A stretch of DNA of 64,000 bases from the human T2T-CHM13v2.0 reference genome, Homo sapiens: the NCBI RefSeq assembly GCF_009914755.1, contig NC_060925.1. The stretch is one strand, 5' to 3'. Below the pieces are notes generated by a model that saw only the letters and a program-made list of their open reading frames with translations, was not told where the DNA came from and did not search any database. The position numbers and the translations under genes are program-made. Each line of letters starts with the position of its first letter. Positions within the stretch are counted from its first letter, which is position 1. Shown one piece after another: positions 10,951-23,975 of this stretch.

Positions 10951-13900
10951 GTGAATGGAGTTAAAGGATCTCTGGTTGATTTTATTTTCTGGACTTCAGT
11001 CAGTGGTGCAAATTGGACTCCAGTCTCCCAGTCAAACTTTGCAAAGGGTCCCCTTTAACTCTTCAACCACAGAGACACCACGCTGGGTGGCCACTGGCCA
11101 CTGCTCCTTTGGGTGTGCCAGGCAAGACAGGTGGCAGTTGGATGGCCCGAGTCTTTGTGTGTCAGCATCTGAGTCTTTATGTGTTTGTGACTAGGGGTAA
11201 CCACAGCAGTGTCATAGCTGTGGCCCTGCCAATGGCTAGTCAAATAGAGTCCACAAGCACTGTTTGAATTGCTAGCAAATGGTCATGCGGCTCGTACGTG
11301 GTTACGTGTCAGCTGAGCTGAAACAAACGAGGTGACAGAAACACAATAAGGGAAGCTCGGTTATGCTGCCGCCCACTCCCCTCTGCCCAGACTGGTTCAA
11401 GCCGCCACCCTGGACTGATGAGAATATGCCAGGGATAAACCACAACTGTGGGAAATGCTGGGTGGGGGCATAAATATCATCTGTAAACAATTAGGCAGCC
11501 ACTGCTCATTCAGTGCCGTTTTGAGAAGCTAAGGAAGTCCGCAATCAGTTATATCTCCAATTACCATAAAAATATATTAGCCATTCATTCATTTATTAAT
11601 GATTCATCAGTTAACCACACATAATGAGCAAATAATTAGCAGTGCTGTACGGTTGCCAAAATTGAAGAAGTGTTGGCATTTTAAAGATGAAAGGTTGAAT
11701 TTATGCAGAAGTCTGGTGATGATAAAGTTAATATGGAAGATAATTATAAAAGTGGCTGTCCTCTATTACAGGCTGAGGTACCACAAAACTTGCCTAATTG
11801 AACTGAAATTAATATTCTTCCAAAGTCTGTGTGTTGCCACACACAAACTGCTGAATTTCTCTTGAAGATCTCCCTTCAGTAAGGTGCACCGCACAATACA
11901 AGTTAATAAAATGCCAGACAGCTAGACTGTGTTCTTTGTTTGCTTGGTTCAGGGCCTCGTGGAAAACAATAAATTGCATTCATGTCAGCTGAGGCCCATC
12001 CCTTTGCTAATTACCGTTTGGTGCTGAAATGACTTCTGTGAAATTGGGAGCATGAGGAAACATACAGCCATACAAGGGAGGCTTTTCAGAGTTTTGCAGT
12101 AAATGTGAGATAGGCCTCAGGCACACAGATGTTAAAACAGCGAATTCCCCCACAGATTACACTAATGGAAACCCTGTCAGGGTAAGTCAAATCCGGGTCT
12201 GTGGTCAAAATCTAATTAAGGTTTCTGTACTTAAAAAGAATATGAATGCCTGGGGGTGGCGATGAATGTATAAGAAACTCACTTGTTTGTAAAATTGTTA
12301 GCATGAATAGTAAGTACCGTGGGGCTGTTACCTGCAATGTAACACCTGTTTTCTGAGGCTTTGCTGAATGTCTCAGGATGGGTTATTTCAGAGGTCAGCA
12401 AACTAGGCTCAGGCCATGGCAGCCTCCCATCTTTGGGGCCTGGGGCACGGCATGGTTTGAGGTCACAGATGCAAATGGATCCCTTAGAAGTTGCCCTGGA
12501 ATCCCAAAGGATGCTTTACTTTGCCACATGAAAACCACCCCAGATGATCCTGCCCAACTGCCTGGCGCCACTGAGGAAATCGTTCTTGCCGAGGGTGTTG
12601 GACTGGCCAAATCTCCCCTACTGGGGAAACAAAGGGTTGTCTGCTCCCGGCTCGCCCTCCAGCCTGTCGGGACTGCCTCCTGGAACAGCTGCAGCGTGCA
12701 GGCGCAGCCCTGCTTCTAATAGAGGAAATGAATTTATAATGCTGCAGTCTCTTCATTTTCACCCAGCACAAATTTCCCCTTAAATACTTAAAAACAACAC
12801 CCAGAGCTGGATATACCTTAAATTTCCAATAAATGAAACCTTAATCCAGTCTGTTGCTGAGTCTGAGCTGTTATTAAAGAAATAAATTTGAAACAGCAAG
12901 TGGTTTGAGAATTTTTGAATTTAATTATTTAAATCTACTTAGGGCAACTGTCACGCGCTATTTCAGTTTCCCATGGAGAACATGAATTCTGGGAAAGGTA
13001 TCCCACGCAGGGCCCTGGAAATATTAACTTTCATGTACAACTGTGGGCTCAGCCATAGACAGACTGTGCCACCCTCCTCCCCGGAAGAGCAGAAGAAAGA
13101 AACTCAGATTTCTTTTTCTGTATGATCCAGCCAAGGGATACAGGATATATTTTTCAAAGAACGAGGGAAGCCAAGTCCTCTTCTTTCAAGTTCTGTGGGC
13201 CTCTTCAGATGCACTGTTTACATGGAGTTCGTTTGAAGCTCTTTGGAGAGCGACAGTTCATACAGTCATTCACTGAGCAACGTTAGGGAGCAAAAGGTAA
13301 AGAGAAAGTGTAACCTGTATGATTTAAGTGGCCGACAGCTAATTTAGGGTGTGCTCTGGCCTCGTGAGTGTCTGGAGCCTGATTTTTGACATTTGTGAAA
13401 ATGGACCATCTGCTGTGACTGTCCCAAGGGTGATAGCACCAGGCTTGGGCTGGAGCACCTGAGACTTTTGGTGCCACTTCAGTCTTCAGGCTTGGAGAGA
13501 GTCTGCTTTCATGATTAGAGACAGATGACACCCTGGCCTTAGTTCTGAGAGCGCAGGATACCTTCCAGATATTAGCAATTGAGATTTTTAATGGCATCCA
13601 CATTGGGATGTGGGCGGGGTAGAAGGTGAACAATTTAGGCACACACTCGTAAGTGTCTCCTTCTCCAGTTCACCGGGACTTTGCTATGGCACAAGATGGC
13701 TTTGTTTTGGACCCTGTACAAGTTGGTTAAATTACCAGATACCTGTGAAGCATCTCACTAGAGCATGATCTCACCAACACAGTGAGACCCCAAGACCTGA
13801 GTCAGAGAGATGCTCAATATCCAATTTGTTTCTCTTTTGTGCTAGCCATTTGATAGTAGTTGGGACCTCAGAGCCGCCAAGTGGAACTTTCCCACACCCA

Positions 13901-15489
13901 ACCCAGACTACCAAGAGGATATTGACTTGGAGTGATTTCTAGATCCAGAGTTCTATTTTTCCTTCCAACATAAAAATCTTCATAGAAGCCAAAAATCTTT
14001 AAGAAAAGAGCAGCTCTTAGTGTGGGGCCCGTCTCAGCCTCTACCTTGTACCCAGTAAATGCAAAGGGCTGTGGAAATTGCACACAATTCACAGTGTTCA
14101 GAGGATGAGTGAATGTTTTACCATCTCAAAGAGGAGATTATGGGGTTCCACAGGAAATAAGGTCCAGTGGCTAGCAATGCCTCAGAAGTCAAGAGTTTTG
14201 GGGTTTATGTTTTTTAATAATGGTAGCAAAGACTTATAGGTAATGCTGGGTATTTAATTTAAAAAATCTATAAATATTTATGGAATAAAACTTCTTTCCA
14301 GGTGCAGTTTTGGGCTCTAAGACTTCAGAGAGAAAAAGTCATGGTTCCTGCTCTTGGGAGGCTCTCATTGTGTCTGGGGGAGCAGGCAGGCACCCAACAG
14401 CCTGAATCAAACTCCATGTAGCCAAATTTCTACATCATTACAATGCTTAGCATGTAGGAACCCAATAAATGTTTGTTGAATGAATGGATCTGTTAAAAAG
14501 GGAGTGTCACGCTTTCTCTCTTTCTAAGGAGTTATTGTGTGAATTAGAGGGTTAACATTTATAACACCTTTTATGCCCCTACATGCTATATAAGTACAAG
14601 TTATTAAATATCATAATAAACTAGGGTCCTAGGCAGTCAATTACATTTTCTTCTGAAGTTAGTGACATTTAGATTCTTTTGTTGGGCAGATGGTGTAATA
14701 TTGCACCTGTTGGAAGAGTAGGCATTTTGGGAAGGGACCTTAATTCAGAACTATTTATAATATAGCAAAGCTCTGGCTTCTTAATAAATGTATTTGTATT
14801 GTTTCTCAAGGAGGTAACATAGCTGAACAGTCCGACTCTTTGAATTGGAACTTCTGAAATTGGAAGACCATTATTTCTTAAAACTCTATTTACTCTACAT
14901 TTTCTCTTCACTTTCTTCACTTCTGATTTTCTTTTGCACTCTCTGGATTGGCTTTTAATACCCAATTTGTTTCCAGCCTTCTCTCTCCTCCACATGTCTC
15001 TCTGCTCCTCATTCCTCTCTCTTCGCTGTCTCCCTCCATCTTCCTTCCTTTCCCTCTCCTGCCAAGACATTCCATTTCTCTGGAATGCCCCTCAAGCCAC
15101 TTTCGAGTCCAACTAAACTATGGTCTGTTGGGAAGTCCAGAGCTGCTGTTTCTGCTTGGATGTCTAAGCTTTCCATAATCCACCCACCTCCTAGTCTACT
15201 TCTGGGCAAGAAACACTGCAGCGGCCAGGCCGACTTCATCATTGCTCTGCAAATACCATGTTTGTTGGGCCTTTGCTCTTGTTAATATCTCATCTGGAAG
15301 CTGTCTTCTTCTGTTACACCTTTCTAAAGTCCATGTATCAATTGACTGTCTGCTCTTTGAAATTGCTCTTATTTACTTCCTTGATCTTTACCTCTTCTAA
15401 GCTCCCAGTGCCCACAGTTTAGCAACCCCTTTTGTTGCATCTCATAATTTAGTAGCTTCTCATATAGGCCCCAGGCTTCTTCTATCTAG

Positions 15490-15690
15490 AAGCTACAGTG
15501 TTCCTTATTATGTGCCAGGCTCTGATTAAGGTGCATTGCATTATTATTTCATTTAATCTCCATGACAACCCTATGAGGTAGACATTTTTGTCATTTCCAT
15601 TTTACAGATCAGGAAACTAAGGCCCAGAGAATATGACTGACTTGCCCAAGGTCATAAAGTTAGTAAGAGCTAGAGCTAGGTTCTATGGAA
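15490..15690 (-). mobile_element. MIR SINE
   Basis: tgtgccaggc...atttaatctccatgacaaccctatgaggtag...ttttacagatcaggaaactaaggcccagaga...cttgcccaaggtca. Confidence 0.88.
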
Positions 15691-15691
15691 G

Positions 15692-16136
15692 TCACTATTT
15701 GCTACCACCCAGATCCCCCTTCAGGATTGAAGCCTTACTCCTCCAGCTGCTGAGAGTACCATTGGCTGACAGCCCTCAGCTGTCTCCCTCTCTGCTCATT
15801 GCCCTCTATGTAAGTGAGCCTCTTCACTCAAGGTAACAACCCCTTTCCTGGGTTAGCCTGTGTCCAAAATCTTATATTGCAGGGCTATAAAGGTCTCTCC
15901 ACTTCACCACAACTTCAGAAAACTCCTAAGTGCAAATCAGCTTCTGAGCTCTCTGTGAGGTTAACTGATGCCTTCTTTGTGACTGTATCACAGCCCAACT
16001 TCTCCCTTGACCCAGTCCTGTTTCTTTCCCTGTGCTTTCACTTCTATGAATGGTGATTTCCAAGGGCAGGCACTGATAAACTTTCTATGCAAATCCCTGA
16101 TTCAAAGTCTGCTTCTCAAGGAACCCAGCCTAAACA
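15692..16136 (+). mobile_element. LTR16-family LTR (LTR16C-like), 5' LTR of the provirus
   Basis: cccagatcccccttcagga...ctataaagg...gataaac...gtctgcttctcaaggaacccagcctaaaCA, followed by a PBS; left edge approximate. Confidence 0.75.
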
Positions 16137-19100
16137 GTTGGTACAAGGAGTGGTCCGAGAAAGGCAATGCTAAGATGGGATTCTGGAGCTAGATCACCTG
16201 CTGGCTACTGATAGTGAGGACCTCATCTCTGGGAGCGGGAGTGGGTGGAGCAGAGTAGATCCTGGCACAGGGTTGCAGTGATGATGTGGAATGGTATGCT
16301 GGTGAAAGGGGATGCACTAGTAGGTGAATGTACCAGGCACTGGAGAAATACGGGGAAATAGTAATGATAAGAGCAATGACAACGGTTGGATATTACTGGA
16401 GGCAATTAATGCATTGGATAAGAAGGCAATTCATAAGCAATTAGTATGTAAACCACAGGGCGTCACTACTGGATATCAAGTAAGTCTCATATCCTGTAGT
16501 TAGAAGCCAGAAAAAGTTGATATCAGGGCTAGGACTTAAACATAAGATTGAGAGAATTCCTGGGAAGGTTGAATTCTCAACCTAGGCATGTGCGCTGTGC
16601 CAGGCAAGGTTCTGATTGGGAAAGAACAAGCCCTTGAGATATTAGATGGTGACATCTGACTTGATGCACTTAAATATCTTGAGTCTCCAGATTCCCTTAA
16701 ACTCTCTGGGCCTGCAGAAGTGGCCTACTCCTGTCTGCTAAAGGCTAGCATTACTCCTCTCTTGCTTGAAGAATATGCAGGGGCCTCTGCCTTAGAAGAC
16801 AAATGTGTCCTTCCCACTTTAAGATCTGCCCCCACGGTCCCTTTCTTGGCAGCCAGACTAATAAATAGGGTTAAATCACAGCATTGCCTGGCTGGGGAAG
16901 TGCTGGGCCCACTAGCAAAGGAAAGGTACTGCAGGAACTGCAGGATGTAGCTAACAGGCACTGGCAGAATATCAAACATTATTTAAGGACTGGGTTCTGA
17001 GAGTACTGGATCAAGGTAGATGGAATGTAAAGTTATATAAGGGAAAATTTATCAATATGGGATCACTCTCTTGGGCTACAGGATTTAGCATCTGGCAAAG
17101 ATCCTGGGATCCTGCTAATGTACTGCTAGGATGGCTCTCAGAAGCTTGGAGAAAGTAAGAGCTCACATAAAAGGAAGTAGAAATGAATTACTGTGACAGT
17201 TGGTGGGAGAAAGGACAAAAAAGCTCAGAGAAATGGGCATGGCAGGATGGGCCAGAAAACCCACCAAATGACTATGTTCAGTGAGAGGGTTCAAAGCAGA
17301 GGTTACACACATTTTGAAAAGCAACTCTTGGCATGCTTTGTGACTGTACCTGTTAGTCATCCAATGGTGATGAAGCCAGAACTGCCCATCATGAACTTCT
17401 TACTGTCAGACCAAATACATTATAAGGTTGGTGGGTGACCAGAAGTAATTCTTATAAGATGAAAAGGGTACATTTGGGACTGGACACGAGCAGGGCCAGA
17501 GGTCAGCAGTAAGTTGCAGGATCCAGTGGCTCAGACTGCCAAGTTTTCATCCACCACCATCATGTTACCTCTGCCTCAGTGCACACCTGTGGCCACATGG
17601 GGGTCCCTTATGGCCAGCTGATGGAACATGTGAAAGGTTGAGCTTGGTTCATGAGAAGGTTGGCTTGGTATGTGGGTACAAGCTGAAAATGAACTGCTGC
17701 TGCACTTTAGCCCTACTCAGGGTGACCTTGAAGTCACTAATTAGTAGAAATCATCCCAATGGGCATAGCTTTAAGTGGTGTACCTGCTCATCCACTTTGT
17801 GTGGAAAGAGAATATGTCTAAGCTCATGGGCAGTGGAAAATGGCTTAGTCAAATGGTCAGAGGACTGGAAGGAAAAAGACAAGGGGATTTGGGGAACGGG
17901 TACACATACAGGAGTGGGCATGAAGTGTGAAGAGTTTTGTATCACATGTTAACTAACACCCACCAGAAAGTATTCAACACAAAGATAGAATGACCAGGCC
18001 AGTTGACGTAAGCCAGCCTCTGCCATGGGTCACAGCAGTGCTGGCACAATGGGTGCATAAGCGGAGTAGCCAGAGTGGTAGGGTTGGAGGTGATATATGG
18101 GTCCACGGCATGGCTCATACTCACCAAATTAATATAGCTCTTGCTGCTGCTCAATCTCTGATTGTCAGCAGCAGAGAACAATTACCAACATGATACTATC
18201 TTTTGAGGTCAAAAAGAAGCCACTTGGTGGCAAATTAGCTACACGGCTAGAAGGAGCACCGATTCATTTTAACTTGAAAAAATGATATTTCACAATGGGA
18301 TTGCCTTTCCCTGCTGCAGAGCCTCAGCCTGCGCCACCATCTAAGAGCTTAGAGTATTTGATATGTCAATAGGGATCCCACATCACATTGTATCATACCA
18401 CAGGACTCACTTTATGGCAAAGGGGGTGCACCGGAAGAAATACAGCCAATGGTCCTATCTCATATAGCACCACATAGAAGAATCTGGTCTGCTGGAGTGA
18501 ATGGCCTGTTGAAGGCACAGTGGAGGGACCAGCTTGAAGATGGTATCTGCGAGGATCAGGCACTATTCTCCAGGATGCAGTGTACACTTTAAATCAATGA
18601 CCATTACCTGGAGCTGTTCGCCAATAGGCGGAACACATGAGTTCAGGAACCAAGGAGTGAAAGTCACTGTGGCTCTGCTTACCATCACTCCTGGTAACAC
18701 ACTTGGGGAATTTATACTTTCCTTTCCTACAATTCTAGGTTTTGCAGGCTTAGAGGTCTTGGCTTCCAAAGGGAGAAAGCTTCCACCAGGGGACACAGAA
18801 GGGTCCCATTGAACTCTAAGCTATGGTTACTGGTGGGGCACTTCAGATTCCATGTGCTGAGGAACCACCCTCTTAGCAGCACTATTTGATCCTGATCAAG
18901 AAGAGGAGGGCTACTCTTACACAATGGAAGCAGGAAGACCTATTTTTACCACCCAGGTGAGCCATTTGGATGTTCTCTTTGGATGGTCCCTTGCCCAGTT
19001 TTGAAGGTAAATGGACAAATGCTGCAACCATGGCCTGAGAAGAGGCTGAGAGGCTCAGATCCCTCAAGGATGAGGGTCTGGGTCACTCCACCAGTTAAGG

Positions 19101-19200
19101 CACACAGACAAAAGAGATGCCAGCTGAGGGTGAAGAGAATCTAAAATTTTTATTAGAAGAGAGAGACAATGATATCTATTGCAATATTGAGACCAGCAGA
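16137..19200 (+). mobile_element. ERV-L class internal remnant (ERV3-16A3_I-like) with decayed gag, RNase H, integrase and dUTPase
   Basis: PBS-like TGGTACAAGGAGTGG at 16139 (tRNA-Leu type); RNase H remnant about 17640-17735; AQWVHKRSSQSGRVG (integrase Zn-finger-like) about 18044-18088; GIPH...THF about 18372; VLASKGRKLPPGDT (dUTPase-like) about 18756; many stops and frameshifts. Confidence 0.85.
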
Positions 19201-19419
19201 TGTAGTCTGCCCCAGCCACAGTAGTAGGGGCTGTGTCTGCACAGCTGGAGCTGGTGGGGATACATATTGCTACTCTTAGTGACTCAAGTTCCTTACCTTC
19301 CAGTCTACACAATGATTTGGTTCAAAAATAGGCCTCCCATTTCTGATATACCACATTAGATGTGTTGGATGGTAGTTACCATTTTTCCACAGCCTTTTCA
19401 TATTGTTTGAAGACGATTT

Positions 19420-19900
19420 TTCATCCAGTGAACATTTATTAAGCATCTACTGTGTGACAGGCTTTGTGCTTGGTACAGGGAATATGAAAATGACAGAGAG
19501 AAATAAGAAATAGCCCTTGCCCTTAAGGGCCTTGCGGTCAAGTGGAGCAAAAGATAATTAACTACTGTAAACATTATGGTGAATGCAGTGGTAGAGCTGA
19601 GCATAGAGGAGTGATGCCTTATGTAGTTGGAGAAGGATGGTAAAGGCAAGTTTCTAGGAGGAGTTGATACCTGAGCTTAGCCTTGCGGAATAAAAAAAGA
19701 GCTCAAGATATGGCAGGAGAATATTCTAGGCAGAGCAAAGGTACACGATGAAAAATGGCATGGATGAGTGTTTCTGTAGCATAGAGGACAAGGTCAGAGA
19801 TACTGAAGGGTCAGATAATGAAGGCTCTTATAGCCCATGCTAATGAGCATAAACTTCACTGTGTGGATGATGTGGAGCCATTGACAGATGTTCAGTGGGG
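19420..19900 (-). mobile_element. L2 fragment
   Basis: aacatttattaagcatctactgtgtgacagg...tggagccattgacagatgtt. Confidence 0.8.
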
Positions 19901-22512
19901 AGTGTGGTTCTCGAGTGTCCTTCAGTCTATTTTCTTCAGCTTCCTGCTTGCAGTCACCTCTGCTTGAGTGTCTTTTAGTCATTGTCTGTGGCATCTTACA
20001 AAAGCCCTACCTGAAGCATGTGGGGATGACGTGTTTACACTAACAGCAAATCTCAGTTCTGGCAGATAGCAAGCAAATCTGGCTGCTGAAAAGACATCCT
20101 TAAGGTCACTACCTATTGGTAGGGTCTTCAGCATCAGAGTTGCTGATGCCTTTTCAGCTTTTCTATATTGCTGAAAATTGCCCCTTTTCCCGCAAGTTAT
20201 TTAAAATGGCAGTGCTCAAAGGCACAGCAGGGGAAGTTGGTGATTGATTATGGGCCCAGAGCTCCCAAAGAACACTGGTTTTTTGACATCGTCATCCAGA
20301 AGTTCCTGCACTTTGATAGTGCTCTGAAAGGCCTCATGTTGGCGTGAGCTACTTTGCTAAGTCATTAACATTCACTGATGATAGTTCTGAAGACAGAGAC
20401 TCCATACAAGATCGTCACATCATCCTAGCCACAAAACCTGAGATGTCAGCATCCCAAGGGAGCTTAAAGCAGGCAATGAACTCTGATGATCAGACAATAT
20501 GTTATCTAGTGATGACCTGAGGGGCATGGAAGGAAAAACAGTCAGGAAAGACCATTATGTATTAGGAGACAAGGAGACTTGGTAGCTATTTCCGCAATAA
20601 GCTCCTGACCAAGTTAAAGGTCAACATTGAATCGCAGGGTGAATCCAGTATTCCCTGTAGATGAACTTAAATATGAGGTAGAAACCTTTGGTTTCTTGGT
20701 TGTTTTCTTTGCTAATAACCATACAGAACACATATTGGTTGGTTAGAATAATCGACAATGAATTTGAGAACTACAGCCAGTCTACTGGGATAGAAACCAT
20801 GTTTGTTTGCAGAAATGTGATATTTTTGAAAAATTATAATGTCAGCAGGATGTCCTACTTGGGCAACTGTTCTAAATTAGAGATCCATAAAAATCTCTAA
20901 AAACGGAACCATTTGTATCCTGGGTTAGTACTTGGTCTTCCCTCATTTCCCATCTAGTCCACATAGACATAAATGCCAGATGTTGTTCCAGCATAGCCCA
21001 AGGTGTCAACCTACATACTGCACACAGAGACTCAGAGTGAGGCTTTGCTACTGAAAATCAAGTTTGAAACCAGACATCATAATTGATGATACAGAGTGCC
21101 CTTTAGAAATTTGATAAAAGCTTAATGTAGCAAAGACTGTATAAGACAACAACGAAAGGTGAATGCTACAACCAAAATTGTGGGGCCAGCCTTTTGTGAG
21201 TAGTTTTTGTGAGCAAAACACCTGGTATAGATTGAATGTGGGAAAAGCTTTTAAAAGTTTTTTTTAAACCTATTAAAGCAACTGTTAAATTTAATTTAAA
21301 TGTTTTAGATCTGCATAAAATGGTCATATTTCCAAATGGATGGAAGAACTGAGGATTGATAGTTCTCTAGGAGTTTCTAGTTTTCTAACCATGTCTCTTT
21401 CCCCTCCTTCAATCAATTGCTCCTCTCCTTCCTTCTCCTGTCGCTAAAGCTCCTTTCAGTCGCTAGTAAGTTGAATTCTTTAAGCCCAGTATAGTTTTCA
21501 TCCTGTTTCCATTAGAAGCCCAGAGGTTCCCACAGTGTTTCACTTGGTTGCTCTGCCTAGAAGAGACTGAAGTATAGACATCAACTGCCATTGATTCTTG
21601 TTGAGCTGGGCTGAAAGATTGACTGAAAGGGAAGTGAGTGATGCTTGGTTCCCAAAAGACAATAGAGAGAGTAAAAGAAGCAAGCTTTCTTGGTGGAGAG
21701 AAGGACTGTTTCAAGGAAGTGATAACATTGGATCCAAATGGACTTTCTAGCCCTAAATTTGATGTGTCAGTTTCATCCATTTTTGAGTCATTGAAACCGA
21801 GATAAAGATGTGAAGTTTCTAGACCCAATTGTTATTAACTTTAGGACCTGGGTTTCCCTACCTGAAGCATGGAGGGATGATACAATGATCTCCAAGTTTC
21901 CTTTCAACTTGAAAATTTTATGAAAAAGAATCACATATGGCCCCCCGGCTGGTTATATTGCTACTGTTATGTTTTCTTTAAACCAAGTCTCAAATCCATT
22001 CAATATGAGGTAGATTAGTAATGGGAACCAGAAACTCGGGAGAGGCCACCCTCATATACAGGGAATTTACTGTCTTGCGCTTTGTGTTTGTGTTTATTTT
22101 TACAGACTCCTTGGTGACGGTCGATTCTAGGGAAGTAACATTGATATAAATCCAAGTGGAGGGAGAAGTTTTCTCCTTCATGTCCCCTTCCCAAACAACC
22201 TAGCTTAGTTCATCAGCTTCTGTTGACATTATTTATAAATGCTAATGAACTCATAAGTGCTAATTAATAACTCCATGTGCTGCTATTTACTAGCAAATAT
22301 AGGAATCCAGGTGCAGTATAGACCTGTCCCCAAATACAGTACATTTCTTCATCTCTGAGCCAAGTAGCATGTCTGGGATGACTCTGTTCCAATACTGCCG
22401 AAGTCAGTGCCATACACACTTAAAAAATACACCCAGGAGCTACACTTAAACTCTCACAACAGCATCATCTTCTTATTACCCACTTAGATAAGAAACCAGG
22501 GTCAAGTCCAGC

Positions 22513-23342
22513 TGTATTAGTCAGGGTTCTCCAGAGAAACAGAACCAATAGGATATATATATATAGCTCTATAGAATGAGATTTGTTATGAGGCTGAGAA
22601 GTCCCGCAATCTGCTGTCTGCAAGCTGGAGGCACAAGAAAGCTGGTGGTGCAGTTCCATTCCAAACCCAAAAGCCTGAAAACCGGGGGAGCCAATGATGT
22701 AAGTCCTGGTTCAAGTCTGAAGGCCTAAACACCAGGAGTTCCAATGTCCAAGCTCAGGAGAATGTGGATGTCACAGCTCATGCAGAACAAGGGAATTCAC
22801 CATTCTGCCTTTTTGTTCGATCTGATCACCCAACAGATTGAATGATGTGCCCACCTGTGTTGGTAAGGTGGTGAGGGAGTGAGGGAGATTTTTGTTTTGT
22901 TTTGTTTTGTTTTTTTCAGACAGGGTCTGGCTCTGTTGCCCAGGCTGGAGTGCAGTAGTGCAGTCTCAGCTCACTGCAGCCCTGAACCCCTGGGCTCAAA
23001 GAATCGTCCCACCACAGCTTCCCAAGTAGTTGGGACTACCAACGTCTGCCACTACGCTCAAGCAAATTTATTTTATTTTCTGTAGACATGGGGTCTTTGT
23101 ATATTGCTCAGGCTCGTCTTAAACTTCTGGCCTCAAGCAATCTTCCCCCCTTGGCCTCCTAAAATGCTGGGATTATAGGCATGAGCCACCACCCTCAACC
23201 TGGGAGCACTTCTTTACTCAGCCTACCAATTTAAATGCTATGCTCTTCCAGAAACACACAGATAAGCCCAGAGATAATGTTTTCCCAGCCATCTGGGCAT
23301 CCCTTAGGCCAATCAAGTTGACACATTTGGTTAACCATCACA
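22513..23342 (-). mobile_element. Solo MLT2 LTR interrupted by an Alu
   Basis: tgtattagtcagggttctccagagaaacagaacc ... caagttgacacatttggttaaccatcaca; perfect TSD CCAGC at 22508-22512 and 23343-23347. Confidence 0.92.
22889..23200 (-). mobile_element. AluJ with (GTTTT)n tail, nested in MLT2
   Basis: Dimeric Alu with J-type cctgggctcaa; tail tttgttttgttttg. Confidence 0.9.
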
Positions 23343-23784
23343 CCAGCAAATGGCAAGATTAGGTTGGACTCCCGATCTTGAGAATGGAATGCTCCAAGTC
23401 AGTGAACTCACCCCAGCCTGATCTGGAGCATATCAAGGCATTGTCTCCTTGCTACAGAGTGGGACAGGAATCCCATAGGGGCAGTATGGAATGCTCTGCA
23501 AGGTTGGACTAAAGAAGGTCTGTGGGGCTTTAAGGGGCACTGGATGCCAGTGCCTTTGCTCTCTTATGGGTGTAGCTGCGTCTGTCTCCTCCAATGGCTG
23601 GTAATCTCTGGAAAGCCAGGAGCTCAGTCTGTCAGGAGCCAAGCCTCCCTACACATGTGCCATATTGATATTGCTGATGGATGTGTGGACTTGTGGTCTT
23701 CTTTGGGAGACCTTGAACTTTCTTCAGCAAACAAGGAGATGAGGCCAGACCTTGGTTCTAGTGATCATATTACCTGGAGTTTAT

Positions 23785-23975
23785 CAAACACGTATGATGT
23801 ACCACTTACTATGTACCAACTTAGCATCAAATTCCCAAAACAGTGCTATTTTGTAGTTATTATTTATCACTGTTCCATTTGAGCATTTTGTAAGCTGAGA
23901 CAGAAGGATAATGTAACTTGGCCAAGGTCATACAGCTGGTGAGTAGCAAAGCTGGGGTTTGAACTGCCTGGTCAC
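23785..23975 (-). mobile_element. MIR
   Basis: cacttactatgtacc...gtaacttggccaaggtcatacagctggtgagtagcaaagctggggtttgaac. Confidence 0.7.

Noticed and set aside
16720-19067. ORFs within the ERV as a possible domesticated retroviral gene
   Set aside because: Only short frameshifted fragments remain, and catalytic or Zn-binding residues are altered.
20252-20340. GPRAPKEHWFFDIVIQKFL faintly resembles an RTE-LINE ORF2 segment
   Set aside because: Too short, with no co-linear flanking motifs on the same strand; not supportable without a profile search.
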